Virus record (IMG/VR): IMGVR_UViG_3300025015_000034
Location: 1-55,135 of that record
DNA: 55,135 nt
Source of the DNA: a virus
Taxonomy: Duplodnaviria > Caudoviricetes
Reading direction: 5' to 3' (one strand)
Part shown: positions 27,179-37,955 of the stretch, in pieces
How positions within the stretch are numbered: the first letter of the stretch is position 1
How the letters are laid out: every line of letters starts with the position of its first letter
Made by a program: the position numbers and the translations under genes
The notes under the pieces: generated by a model
The model's database searches: none
What the model saw: only the letters and a program-made list of their open reading frames with translations
Told to the model about the DNA's origin: nothing

Positions 27179-29938
27179 ATGTCAAAATTATCTGAATATT
27201 TATATTATAAATTTAATATTAATGAAATTTTAAGATCTAAGATGCCTCAGATTAAAGGTAATAATATACTAGATGCTATAAAAATTTTAGATAAATATGG
27301 TATACCTTATAAATATGTGGCAATCAATATTGATAATTTGAAACCTGTTCAGCAAAATATAATACCAGATAAAATAAATAATATTTGTAAAGATATAGAA
27401 TCCGGTAAAAAAATGAATCCTATTTTTATTTCTATGGACAATAATATTATTGATGGTCACCATAGGTGGTTAGCATTTAAAAAATTAAATAAACAAACTA
27501 TAAATACAATTAAACTAGGTTTAGATAAAGAAGATGCTTTAAGATTATTCAATAAAATACAACAAGTTGTAACTGAAAACCAAAGATATTGTCCTAACTG
27601 TAACAAATTATTAACATATGTTGGTAAGCGGTCAAAAGCCCGAGCGGATAAAAATAATGCAATGTGTTTAAAATGTTCCCAAGTAGGAAAACACACAGGA
27701 AAGAATAATTCCATGTACGGAAAATATGGTGTTGATAATCCTTTATATGGAAGAGAAAGAAATGATATTAAAGGTGATAAAAATTTATTTCATAAAAATG
27801 AGATTAAGAAAAAAATAAAAGAAACAAATTATTTAAGAGGATATTGGAATAGATCAGAAAATAAATCAGCATTTAGAAATTATTTGGAAAAAGTCAGAAC
27901 AATAACAACAGAAAACTATAGTAAATATTTTTATGATATATCAAATGCTAAAAAAAGAAGTGATGAATATCATTTAGATCACAAATATTCTATTCACAGT
28001 GGATTTAAAAATAATATTTCACCTGAGATTATAGCTCATTACAAAAATCTAGAAATATTACATCATCGTTTAAATGAAAGTAAAGGCAATAAAAATAGTA
28101 TTACATTAGAACAGTTAATGTTAGATATTAAAAATTCTAAAAACCCACTAAATGAAAATAAAATTAAAAATATAGTTGTTGTGATGAGTGGTCGTTTTCA
28201 ACCATTCCATTCCGGACATTATTTCTCATATCAAGATTTAATAAATAAATTTGGAAAAAATGTTTATATAACAACTTCTAATGTAACAGATGATGAAAAA
28301 TCTCCATTTAATTTTAATGATAAAAAAGAAATTATAACTAAAATGTTTGGTATACCATCGAACAAAGTAATTAGAGTTAAGAATCCTTATAAACCTGAGG
28401 AAATATTAGATAAATTCAATAGTAAAGATACTGCACTTGTGGCTGCAGTGGGAGAAAAAGATAGAAATAGATTAAGTGGAAAATATTATGTTCCTTATAC
28501 ATCTAAAGAAAATTTAGAGGGATATTTAGATAAAGGATATGTTTATATAGTACCTCAGTTAAAACTTAAAATTGGTGGTACTACTATAAGTGGTAGTTCA
28601 ATAAGAAATAATTTTAGTAAAGAATTATTTAAACAAATATATCCTAAATTTGATTCTAGTATATATCAGTTAATGAAAAAGAAAATTACAGAAAGTTTAT
28701 TATTGGAAGGTGGTTCCTATGGGCATATCGATAACATATTTGAAGATATGGGTTTAACATTTGGTGATCTAAAAAATATAATAAATTTAGCACTTGAAGG
28801 TAAATTAGAAATGGTTCAGGAAAAAACTGATGGGATGAACGCTATGTTTTCTTGGATAGATGGTAAATTAAAGGTAGCAAGAAACGCTTCTCATTTAAAA
28901 AACTTCGGTAGAAATGCACTAGACATAAGTGGACTCCAAAATATGTTTTCAGGTAGAGGTGACATACAAATAGCATTCACAGAAGCTATGAGAGATTTAA
29001 ATTCAGCAATATCTAAATTATCTGATAAGCAAAAAAATAAAATATTTGCAAATGGTAAAAAATTTATGAGTGTAGAAATAATATATCCTCAGACAACTAA
29101 TGTTGTACCATATAATTATTCTATGTTAATATTTCATGGTACCAGAGAATATGACGAAAATGGTAACATTTTAGGTGAAGATAAAAGTGAAGCAACATTA
29201 TTAACTAATATGATTAGACAGGTGAATGAAGATGTACAGAATACATTTAAGATAAGGGCTCCTAATAATTTATCATTACCGAAAGTTAAAAATTTTACAT
29301 CTCAAAAATCTCATTTTTTGAGTAAATTAGGTACATTACAAAAGAAATTTAACCTAAAAGATTCTGATTCAATAACTCAATATCACCAGGTATGGTGGGA
29401 GAATTTTATCAATCAACAAGCTAAAAAACTTAAATATACAATACCTAATGATTTATTTATGGATTTAGTAAAAAGATGGGCATACAATGATACGTCCAAA
29501 AAGATTGTAGATATTAAAAAAAGAATAGATGATGATTCATTTAAATCTTGGGTAGATAATTTTGATAAAAATTCTAAATCTCAACAAGCAAAAGATAATA
29601 TGAGACCCTTTGAATTATTGTTTTTAGAATTAGGTGCTCAGGTATTAAAAAATATAAATTCATTTTTAGCTGTTAATCCTGAACAATCACTACAACAAAT
29701 GAAAACAAATATAGATAAAACAATAAAGGATATAGAAAGTTCAGGAGATGTCAATGCAATAAATAAAATGAAAACTGAATTAAATAGATTAAATGCGATG
29801 GGTGGACTAGATGCAGTTGTTCCGTCGGAAGGAATAACCTTCATGTATGGTCCAGATAATAATAAAAAACTTTACAAAATTACTGGTGCATTTTCCCCGA
29901 TAAACCAGTTGTTAGGAATTTTAAAATATAAAAGGTAA
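27179..29938 (+). CDS. multidomain protein: ParB-like, Zn/HNH endonuclease, HxGH nucleotidyltransferase, ligase-like domain
   Basis: IIDGHHRW; CPNC/CLKC and YHLDHKYSI..NLE....NESKG; GRFQPFHSGH; QEKTDG, SEGITF, LYKITG. Confidence 0.7.
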   Translation: MSKLSEYLYYKFNINEILRSKMPQIKGNNILDAIKILDKYGIPYKYVAINIDNLKPVQQNIIPDKINNICKDIESGKKMNPIFISMDNNIIDGHHRWLAFKKLNKQTINTIKLGLDKEDALRLFNKIQQVVTENQRYCPNCNKLLTYVGKRSKARADKNNAMCLKCSQVGKHTGKNNSMYGKYGVDNPLYGRERNDIKGDKNLFHKNEIKKKIKETNYLRGYWNRSENKSAFRNYLEKVRTITTENYSKYFYDISNAKKRSDEYHLDHKYSIHSGFKNNISPEIIAHYKNLEILHHRLNESKGNKNSITLEQLMLDIKNSKNPLNENKIKNIVVVMSGRFQPFHSGHYFSYQDLINKFGKNVYITTSNVTDDEKSPFNFNDKKEIITKMFGIPSNKVIRVKNPYKPEEILDKFNSKDTALVAAVGEKDRNRLSGKYYVPYTSKENLEGYLDKGYVYIVPQLKLKIGGTTISGSSIRNNFSKELFKQIYPKFDSSIYQLMKKKITESLLLEGGSYGHIDNIFEDMGLTFGDLKNIINLALEGKLEMVQEKTDGMNAMFSWIDGKLKVARNASHLKNFGRNALDISGLQNMFSGRGDIQIAFTEAMRDLNSAISKLSDKQKNKIFANGKKFMSVEIIYPQTTNVVPYNYSMLIFHGTREYDENGNILGEDKSEATLLTNMIRQVNEDVQNTFKIRAPNNLSLPKVKNFTSQKSHFLSKLGTLQKKFNLKDSDSITQYHQVWWENFINQQAKKLKYTIPNDLFMDLVKRWAYNDTSKKIVDIKKRIDDDSFKSWVDNFDKNSKSQQAKDNMRPFELLFLELGAQVLKNINSFLAVNPEQSLQQMKTNIDKTIKDIESSGDVNAINKMKTELNRLNAMGGLDAVVPSEGITFMYGPDNNKKLYKITGAFSPINQLLGILKYKR

Positions 29939-29953
29939 AACAAATAAGAACAA

Positions 29954-30005
29954 GGGCACAAGAAAGCCTAAGTAAATTTCTTAAAAACTTAAAAAATAAA
30001 TAGAA
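29954..30005 (+). repeat. third copy of the 53-bp gene-end repeat
   Basis: Region translates IRTRAQESLSKFLKNLKNK*; directly upstream of an endonuclease copy. Confidence 0.88.
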
Positions 30006-30030
30006 TGGAAACTATAGAAATTACTATTAG

Positions 30031-30522
30031 ATGAGGAAAAACATGCCAAGTGGAGTTTATATAAGAACTGAAGAAATTAAAAGAAAAATATCTGAGTCAC
30101 AGACAGGTAAAATTTTATCAGAAGAAACTAAAAGAAAAATATCTGAGGCAATTAAAGGTAAAAAGAAAAAACCATTTTCAGAAGAAACAAAACAAAAAAT
30201 AAGACTATCAGCAATTAAAAGAATTGAAAAATGTAAATTTAATGGAACCAGAATGGTACCATCATACAATCCAAAATCAATTCCTATCATAGAAGAATTT
30301 GGTAAAGCAAATGGTTACAACTTCCAACACGCAGAAAATGGTGGAGAATTTTATATTAAAACTTTGGGATATTGAGTAGATGGGTATGATAAGACTCAAA
30401 ATGTTGTCATCGAGTACTATGAAAAAGCCCACAGAAATAGTGTCGATAGAGATGAAAGAAGAAAATAGGAAATTATAAATCATCTTAATTGTAAATTTAT
30501 AGAAATTAGGGAATATTCATAA
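30031..30522 (+). pseudogene. NUMOD3-family endonuclease with two nonsense codons
   Basis: TGA at 30373 (Trp in paralogs) and TAG at 30466 (Gln in paralogs); frame otherwise intact. Confidence 0.8.
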
Positions 30523-30523
30523 T

Positions 30524-31012
30524 ATGAGTATAGCGGAATTGTCACGTATAAGTCGCGCTCAAGATATCGCAATGAGTGTTCATGCAAACCAATTTAGAAA
30601 AGTGTCTAAAAAACCATATTTTTTGCATCCTTTTTGTGTATATCAAGCAGCTAAGGAACATGGATACTCAGATGAGGTACAAATAATTTCCATCTTACAT
30701 GATGTACTTGAAAATACAACTAATAAAAAGTATGTAGAAGAAAAAATTAAGTCTACATTTGGAGGTACTATATTAGAATTCGTAAAATTACTTTCTCATA
30801 ATCCAGGTGATAATTATAACAAATATTTATTGTTTTTAGCTAAAAAAAGTAAAACAGCATTAACAGTAAAACTTTTGGATATAGAGCAAAATCTCAAAGA
30901 TAATCCATCAGAAAAACAAATGAATAAATATATAAATGGAATAAAATATCTTTTAAAGAATAATATTGAAATAGACAAACGATTTTTAGATGAATTTAGG
31001 AAATATTTGTAA
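30524..31012 (+). CDS. HD-domain (p)ppGpp hydrolase-like protein (SpoT/Mesh1 HD_4 type)
   Basis: H..QFRK....PYFLHP, ILHDVLENT, VKLLD...N. Confidence 0.75.
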   Translation: MSIAELSRISRAQDIAMSVHANQFRKVSKKPYFLHPFCVYQAAKEHGYSDEVQIISILHDVLENTTNKKYVEEKIKSTFGGTILEFVKLLSHNPGDNYNKYLLFLAKKSKTALTVKLLDIEQNLKDNPSEKQMNKYINGIKYLLKNNIEIDKRFLDEFRKYL

Positions 31013-31403
31013 TGTCAACATATACAAATTCTCATAAGAAATACTATAAAGAAAATAGAAAAAGGATACGAGAGCAACAAAAGAAATATAGTAAAAAGAA
31101 TAAAATTAAATGTAGAGAAAATACTAAAAGGTGGATAACTAAAATGGATATAGAATGAAAGAATGGTATCTGAGAACTTTATATAATTTATCTATAGAAG
31201 AATATAATATGTTTAAAAATCAACGTGGATGTTGTGCTATATGTGAACACATCAGAGTCAATTAAAAAGAACTCTATGTGTTGATCATGATCACGAAACT
31301 GAAAATAAGAGGATTACTGTGTAGTACTTGCAATAGAGCAATAGGTATGCTGAAGGATAGTGTTAAGATATTGCAAACAGCTATAGATTATTTAAAGTTG
31401 TAA
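31012..31403 (+). pseudogene. endonuclease VII-like gene broken by several frameshifts
   Basis: Fragments QRGCCAICE, LCVDHDHET and IRGLLCSTCNRAIGMLKDS lie in different frames. Confidence 0.7.
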
Positions 31404-31488
31404 TATATATAAATAATGGTATTAATATTGATTCTGATGTTGCTTGATTAATTAAAATAGGTTTCAATAAAATAAAACGAGGTAAAAT

Positions 31489-34400
31489 ATGGCAAATGTT
31501 TTTCAGACACTAAAAAAATTATTTTCTTCTGATGTAGTAGTTAGACGTATTGGCAAGGGAAAATTCCGGGTTATTGATGCATATAATACCCAGGCTATGG
31601 GTATGTTAGCAACTAATTATTTAACAGGAAAATACTCTTCTTTATATTTAAATAATTTTAATTACGGATACAGTTCAACTTTAACATCACAATCTCAGAG
31701 GTTTATGTTGTTTAGAGAATATGAAATAATGGATCAAGATCCAATAATTTCATCGGTTTTAGACATATATTCTGAGGAATCCACTATAAAGAATTACTAT
31801 GGCGATATAGTTACTGTAAAATCAGATGATAAAGAAATTAAAGGTATATTAGATAATTTATTTTACGATATATTAAATATAGATTTTAATTTAGTTCACT
31901 GGGTAAGAAATTTAGTTAAATATGGAGATATGTTTTTAAAACTAGATCTAGCCGAAAAAATAGGTATTGTAGGTGTAATTCCTATATCATCATATTTTAT
32001 TCAAAGGTTAGAAGGAATAGATATGCAGCATCCTTATGAAGTTAGTTTTAAAATTGATGGTCCTTTCTTAAATGGAACGTATGATAATTATGAAATTTCT
32101 CACTTTAGAATGTTAACAGATTCTAATTTCCTACCTTATGGTAAGAGTATGATTGAAGGAGCAAGAAGAATTTGGAAACAATTGACATTGATGGAAGATG
32201 CAATGTTAATCCACAGAATAATTAGAGCTCCTCAAAAACGAATATTCAAAATAGATGTTGGTAACTTGTCTCCAGAAGAAACAGATTTATATATTAGAAA
32301 AATAGCAGATCAGATCAAGAAGGTACCATATATGGATGAAAATGGTAATTATAATCTAAAATATAATATACAAAATATCACTGAGGACTTCTTTATACCT
32401 ACAAGAGGACCAGAAGCTAATACTGTAGTAGATACTTTACAAGGATTAGAATATAATGCAATCGAAGATGTCGAGTATCTAAAGTGTTTACGAGGAGATA
32501 TAAAAATAAAATTATTAAATGGTGAAGATAAGTCTATAAAGGAGATTTCGGAAACATTTGAACCTAATAAATATGAAACATGGTCAATTAATCCTAATAC
32601 ATTAAAATTGGAACCAGTTAAAATAATAGGTGCTAAAAAAACTATTAAAGATGCAAAGTTAATAAGAATTGTATTAGATAATAATGAATATATAGATTGT
32701 ACTTACAATCATAAATTTATGTTAAGAGATGGCACGTTTATGGAAGCTGATAAACTATCAGTAGGCGCTTCAGTAATGCCATTGTATACAAAAATAACAG
32801 ATGAACATAATTATTTAAAGGGATATGAATTAATTTATAATCCAGGAGAAAATAAATGGAGATATTCACATAGAATAGTTGGTGAATACAAATATCCAGA
32901 TTTAAATAACCACAGTGGAATATTACATCATGTTGATTTTAATAAATTAAACAACACATCAAGTTTTACAGGAGACAAACACAATTTTACTGAAAATTTA
33001 AATATGAGAGTAACCAATCAATACTCAAACCATGTAAACTATTTAAACCATAAAATTAAAGATATAATTTATTTAACTGAAACTGATGATACTTATGATA
33101 TTGAAGTTTCTGCTAATTCAAATTTTGCACTATCATCTGGCATTTTTGTTCATAATAGTAAAATGCTAGCAGCACTTAAAGTTCCAAAGGCCTTCATTGG
33201 TTTTGAAGAAGCGATAGGATGTGTTGTACCAGATACTCAAATACCACTGTTAAGTGGAAATACTAAAAGTGTAAAAGAATTAATAATTGATTATGAATTA
33301 GGGATAACCAACTATGTGTATTCAATAGATGAAAATACAAATAAAATTGTTCCTGGAAAAATAGAATGGGCAGGATACACACGAAAACATGCAGAATTAG
33401 TTAGAGTTCATTTAGATAATAATAATCATATTGATTGTACACCAGATCACAAATTTATGCTAAGAAATAATATCTGGGTAGAAGCTAAAGATTTAAAAGA
33501 AAATGATTCTTTAATGCCATTATATAGAAAACACAATGGTTTGGGCTATGAAACTGTGTATGATATTAATAGTTGCAAATATATTCCAACTCATAAAATG
33601 GTGGTCGAGGGAATTAATAAATATATAAAGGGGAATGTTACCCACCACGTAGACTTTAATAAAACAAACAACTATCCTGACAATTTAGATTGTACGATGA
33701 ATTTTCGGCAACATAGAAAATACCATCAGGATAACATTAAAAAAACGTTAAATTCTAAAGAAAATATTGAGCGCCGTGTAAATGACCCTAATTGGTTAAA
33801 CTCAGTTAAAATCGCTGGACGCAAAGGTGGTCTAAAATCAAAGGATAAGCTTGTTAAATGGATAAAACAAAATGGTCCATGGAATAAAGGGATGTCAAGG
33901 TGTAAAAAGAAGCAGGCTATATGCAGTAATTGTGGATTATTGATAGAAGTGTTGGAAGGTAAAAAAAATAAAAACTATGTATGTAGTGAAACTTGTAGAA
34001 AGGAATTTTTCAGAGGAAAAAATTTATATAACTATATTACCTTAGATTTTGATTATTTAATTGAATGTGCAAAACAGTCTACATCATTTAAAGATTTATG
34101 TAATAGATCAAGTACAGGTAGACATATAATATTTAGAGAAATCCAACAATTAGGATTAAGCAAATTAGATTTTATAAATTGCTATATGCCTCTAGCAAAA
34201 GAAAATAGAGGATTTTTAAATAATTATATGTCAGAATTAGAATTTATTCCTAAATATGGTTTTGATGAATTAATGCAGGTTGCAAATAATAGTAATTCTA
34301 TATCAGATGCATGTAAAAAATTAAAAATAACATTGACATATTTTAATAAGATGGTGGAATATCATGGTTATGATAAAATAGATTTTGTTTTAGAAAATAT

Positions 34401-35343
34401 GCCTAAAATGAAGAACAATAAAATGGCATGGTCTCAATTTGAGAAAACAATAAACAAAAAACTTAATCATAAAGTTAAATATATTGAAAAATTAAATATT
34501 ACAGAGGATGTATGCGATATTACCATTTTTAAATATAATAATTTTGCAACAGATGCGGGAGTTATTATTCATAATTCCAAGGCCACACTGTCCCAGGAAG
34601 ATATTCGGTTCGCTCGTACAATTGAAAGAATTCAAAAAATTGTTGCAGCAGAATTAAATAATTTAGCATTGGTTCATTTATATGTTCAGGGATATAGAGA
34701 AGAAGATTTAGCTAATTTCGAATTAACACTTTCAAGTCCATCTACAATCTATGAACAAGAGAAAATAGAACTGTGGAAGAGTAGACTTGATGTAGCCCAA
34801 AGTGCTAAGCAAAACGCGGTATTAGGTAATGAATTCTTATATAAAGAAATATTCGATTTAACAACTGATAGAATAGAAAAAATAAATAAATCATTAGTAG
34901 AAGATTCTAAATTTGAATATAGATTGAATCAGATTAAAGAACAAGGTAATGATCCTGCCGCATCAGGCCAACATGCAGATGAATCTGGAACAGTTAGACA
35001 AGTAAATGAACCAGATCAAATTGATGTTGAAGGAAACCAAGCAGCTAATTCTGGAGATGGAGCACAGTCGCAGGGAGCTGGCAGACCCAAAGAATCTAAA
35101 TCTAACTACAAAACAGATGAACATCCGATGGGCAGAGACCCGTTAGGTCAAAAAGATATGAAACAAAGCATGAAGGTACCTAAACCTAGCAAGTTAAGTT
35201 TTAAAGGGGGCAGTCCCCTAAGTGTTGAAACTAAAAAAGATTTGAAGCAGTCTTTGTTTTCAACTAAAATACTCAAAAAAATACTTAAAGAAAATGGAGG
35301 CGAAGATATAATGACTGGTAGTATGGAGGAGATATTAAATTAA
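31489..35343 (+). CDS. gp20: portal protein, T4 gp20-like, with two cis-inteins (mature protein about 608 aa)
   Basis: YGKSMIEGARRIWKQLTLMEDAMLIHRIIRAPQKRIFKIDVGNL, EDFFIP.RG, ALKVPKAF, EDIRFARTIERIQ. Confidence 0.93.
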   Translation: MANVFQTLKKLFSSDVVVRRIGKGKFRVIDAYNTQAMGMLATNYLTGKYSSLYLNNFNYGYSSTLTSQSQRFMLFREYEIMDQDPIISSVLDIYSEESTIKNYYGDIVTVKSDDKEIKGILDNLFYDILNIDFNLVHWVRNLVKYGDMFLKLDLAEKIGIVGVIPISSYFIQRLEGIDMQHPYEVSFKIDGPFLNGTYDNYEISHFRMLTDSNFLPYGKSMIEGARRIWKQLTLMEDAMLIHRIIRAPQKRIFKIDVGNLSPEETDLYIRKIADQIKKVPYMDENGNYNLKYNIQNITEDFFIPTRGPEANTVVDTLQGLEYNAIEDVEYLKCLRGDIKIKLLNGEDKSIKEISETFEPNKYETWSINPNTLKLEPVKIIGAKKTIKDAKLIRIVLDNNEYIDCTYNHKFMLRDGTFMEADKLSVGASVMPLYTKITDEHNYLKGYELIYNPGENKWRYSHRIVGEYKYPDLNNHSGILHHVDFNKLNNTSSFTGDKHNFTENLNMRVTNQYSNHVNYLNHKIKDIIYLTETDDTYDIEVSANSNFALSSGIFVHNSKMLAALKVPKAFIGFEEAIGCVVPDTQIPLLSGNTKSVKELIIDYELGITNYVYSIDENTNKIVPGKIEWAGYTRKHAELVRVHLDNNNHIDCTPDHKFMLRNNIWVEAKDLKENDSLMPLYRKHNGLGYETVYDINSCKYIPTHKMVVEGINKYIKGNVTHHVDFNKTNNYPDNLDCTMNFRQHRKYHQDNIKKTLNSKENIERRVNDPNWLNSVKIAGRKGGLKSKDKLVKWIKQNGPWNKGMSRCKKKQAICSNCGLLIEVLEGKKNKNYVCSETCRKEFFRGKNLYNYITLDFDYLIECAKQSTSFKDLCNRSSTGRHIIFREIQQLGLSKLDFINCYMPLAKENRGFLNNYMSELEFIPKYGFDELMQVANNSNSISDACKKLKITLTYFNKMVEYHGYDKIDFVLENMPKMKNNKMAWSQFEKTINKKLNHKVKYIEKLNITEDVCDITIFKYNNFATDAGVIIHNSKATLSQEDIRFARTIERIQKIVAAELNNLALVHLYVQGYREEDLANFELTLSSPSTIYEQEKIELWKSRLDVAQSAKQNAVLGNEFLYKEIFDLTTDRIEKINKSLVEDSKFEYRLNQIKEQGNDPAASGQHADESGTVRQVNEPDQIDVEGNQAANSGDGAQSQGAGRPKESKSNYKTDEHPMGRDPLGQKDMKQSMKVPKPSKLSFKGGSPLSVETKKDLKQSLFSTKILKKILKENGGEDIMTGSMEEILN
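32485..33156 (+). mobile_element. intein 1 in portal (224 aa, degenerate HNH)
   Basis: Starts CLRGD, block B CTYNHKF, ends GIFVHN before Ser; HHVDFNKLNN. Confidence 0.92.
33220..34575 (+). mobile_element. intein 2 in portal (452 aa, HNH)
   Basis: Starts CVVPDT, block B CTPDHKF, ends GVIIHN before Ser; HHVDFNKTNNYPDNL. Confidence 0.92.
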
Positions 35344-35386
35344 ATTCATAAAGTCTATATTTAATAATAATACTGGGAATTAATAT

Positions 35387-36219
35387 ATGCCAAGAGGGAT
35401 TTATATAAGAACGAAAGAAGCTAAAAAAATATATCGAAAGCTCAGATAGGTATAAGTAGAGGTCCACTTTCTGAGGAACATAAACAAAAAATAGCTGAAG
35501 GAAATACTGGAAATAAAAGAACCGAAGAAGCAAAGAAACGTATGTCTGAGGCGCAAAAAGGTAAAATCGTATCAGAAGAAACTAAAATGAAGATGTCTAA
35601 GGCACATAGAGGTGTATCTTTATCGGAAAAACAAAGAAAAAGTATATCTGTAGCACTGAGGGGAAAAAGTAAGAAACCATTTTCAGAAGAAGCCAGGCAT
35701 AATATGTCTGAGGCACATAAAGGTAAAGTTTTATCAGACGAAACTAAACAAAGAATGTCAATATCACAGACCGGTCACCCAGGATATATGAAAGATAAAA
35801 AACACTCAGAAGAAACTAAACAAAAAATGTCAGGTGCACATAAAGGAAAAGTTTTATCAGAAGAAACAAAACGACGTATGAGAATATCAGCAATCGAACA
35901 TATACAGAATAATAAATTACGGGAGGTTCAAATAACTCCATCATATAATCCAAGGTCTATTCCTATTATAGAAGAATATGGTAAAGTGAATGGGTATAAT
36001 TTCCAGCATGCTATGAACGGAGGAGAATTTCGTATACCAGAACTGGGTTATTGGGTAGATGGATATGATAATACTAAGAACGTGGTAATAGAGTATTATG
36101 AAAAAAGACATAGAAGATCTGTTGATAGAGATTTAACACGTATGCGGGAAATAATGAATTTTTTAAATTGCAAGTTTATTATATATGACGAATTAACAGG
36201 AAAATTTAATGAACAGTAA
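35387..36219 (+). CDS. NUMOD3-family homing endonuclease, frameshifted at the A-run near 35423-35429
   Basis: MPRGIYIRT start at 35387; many SEETK repeats and family C-terminal domain in ORF 35542..36219. Confidence 0.78.
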
Positions 36220-37129
36220 CACAAAAATTAAAGTACATCACAACAAAATTCGTAATACTGGGGTTTTATTTGAATCACTTGCACGACAGGTAACAGTTGA
36301 TGTTTTGAACGACAAGTCATCGTCAACTGCTTCTGGAATTATAAAACAATTCTTTAATAAAAAAACTGAACTTAGAAAAGAATTGAATTTATATCATGCA
36401 CTAGTTAAAAATAAATTTACAAATGAAGTGAAAGCCTCAAATTTTGTGGATATTATTATAGAAGAAAGAAAAAAAATTACAAGTAAGATATTAGCTAAAG
36501 AAAAATATGAAATAATTAAGAAACTTAAAGAATCATTTTCTATAGACCAGCTTTTCTCTTCTAGGGTTGATCACTATCCAGTATATGCTTCTATTTATAA
36601 AGTGTTTCAGTATAACAATGTATTAAATGAAGTATCTAATCCTGAGGATTTGGTTAATGCAAAATTTAAAATCATAGAACATTTGACTAAACCCGAGGTA
36701 ACAAAGGCTAAAAAACAAGATACTGAAACAATATTGTCTAAAGAAACGATGCCTATAAGATTGTTAACACAGGAAATTATAATTAATGGGTTTAATGCAA
36801 AATTTAGTAATAAACTATCAGTAAAACAAAAAGGTCTTATCAGAGATTATATTAATAGTATTTCAAATACAAATTCATTGTCAGAGTCACTTAGTAAGAA
36901 AATACCATTAATTATAGAAGATTTAAAATCTTTAATAGATATAATACCCGATGATGCCATACGAATAAAATTAGATGAGGTTAAGAACCAAATATCTAAG
37001 ATTACGAATTATAAAAATATTTCGGATAGTAAAATATTGGGTATTCTCCGGATATATGATCTCATTGATGACATAAAAGAACATATAAGAAAAAATAGAT
37101 GTGCTCAAACTTTAACGGAGAACAAATAA
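36209..37129 (+). CDS. conserved head-module hypothetical protein
   Basis: [23 protein letters not shown]-terminus; lies between portal and protease. Confidence 0.65.
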   Translation: MNSNTKIKVHHNKIRNTGVLFESLARQVTVDVLNDKSSSTASGIIKQFFNKKTELRKELNLYHALVKNKFTNEVKASNFVDIIIEERKKITSKILAKEKYEIIKKLKESFSIDQLFSSRVDHYPVYASIYKVFQYNNVLNEVSNPEDLVNAKFKIIEHLTKPEVTKAKKQDTETILSKETMPIRLLTQEIIINGFNAKFSNKLSVKQKGLIRDYINSISNTNSLSESLSKKIPLIIEDLKSLIDIIPDDAIRIKLDEVKNQISKITNYKNISDSKILGILRIYDLIDDIKEHIRKNRCAQTLTENK

Positions 37130-37947
37130 TGCCCCGTGGAGTTTATATAAGAAAACCATTTTCAGAACAACATAAAAGAAACATGTCTGAGTCACAGAAG
37201 GGTAAAACACCTTCAGAAGAAACTAAACAAAGACTGGCAAAGTCACAGATAGGTCATATAGGATATATGAAAGGTAAAAAGTTTTCTGAAGAAACTAAAC
37301 AAAAAATGTCTATTGCACAAAAAGGTAAAATCGTGTCAGAAGAAACAAAAAGAAAACTATCTGAGGCAAAGAAAGGTAAAAAGGGAAAACCGCTTTCAGA
37401 AGAACATAAGAAAAAAATATCTAATACATGCAAAGGTAAACAACATACTGTAGAAACTAGACAAAAAATATCAAAGGAAAACAAAGGGAAACACCTTTCA
37501 GAAGAAACCAAAAGAAAAATATCTGAGAGACAAAAAGGTAAACACTTTTCAGAAGAAACAAAACAGAAAATGTCTGAGGCGAAGAAGGGTAAAAAGAGAA
37601 AACCATTTTCAGAAGAAACTAAAAGAAAAATTAGATTATCAGCTATTAAAAGAATAGAAAAAAATAGATTGAACGGTAACCAATTGTGTCCTTCACATAA
37701 TCCGAAATCAATTCCTATCATAGAAGAATATGGTAAAGCTAACTGTTACTCATTTCAACACGCAGAAAATGGTGGAGAATATTTTATAGAAGACTTAGGA
37801 TATTGGGTAGATGGTTATGATAAGATTCGAAACGTAGTTATAGAATATTATGAAAGAGCTCATAAAAATAAAGTTGATAGAGATGAGAGAAGAAAACAAG
37901 AAATAATGAATCATTTAAATTGTGAATTTATAGAGATTAAAGAATAG
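37099..37947 (+). CDS. NUMOD3-family homing endonuclease
   Basis: Likely start ATG 37129 (MPRGVYIR); about 9 SEET-type repeats; family C-terminal domain. Confidence 0.82.
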   Translation: MCSNFNGEQIMPRGVYIRKPFSEQHKRNMSESQKGKTPSEETKQRLAKSQIGHIGYMKGKKFSEETKQKMSIAQKGKIVSEETKRKLSEAKKGKKGKPLSEEHKKKISNTCKGKQHTVETRQKISKENKGKHLSEETKRKISERQKGKHFSEETKQKMSEAKKGKKRKPFSEETKRKIRLSAIKRIEKNRLNGNQLCPSHNPKSIPIIEEYGKANCYSFQHAENGGEYFIEDLGYWVDGYDKIRNVVIEYYERAHKNKVDRDERRKQEIMNHLNCEFIEIKE

Positions 37948-37955
37948 GAAATAAC

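Noticed and set aside
30373-30468. TGA at a Trp position and TAG at a Gln position, suggesting stop-codon reassignment
   Set aside because: Core genes are intact in the standard code and some end in TAG or TGA (gp19, PolA-like). TAG also replaces Trp at 22723. All are single transitions consistent with pseudogene decay.
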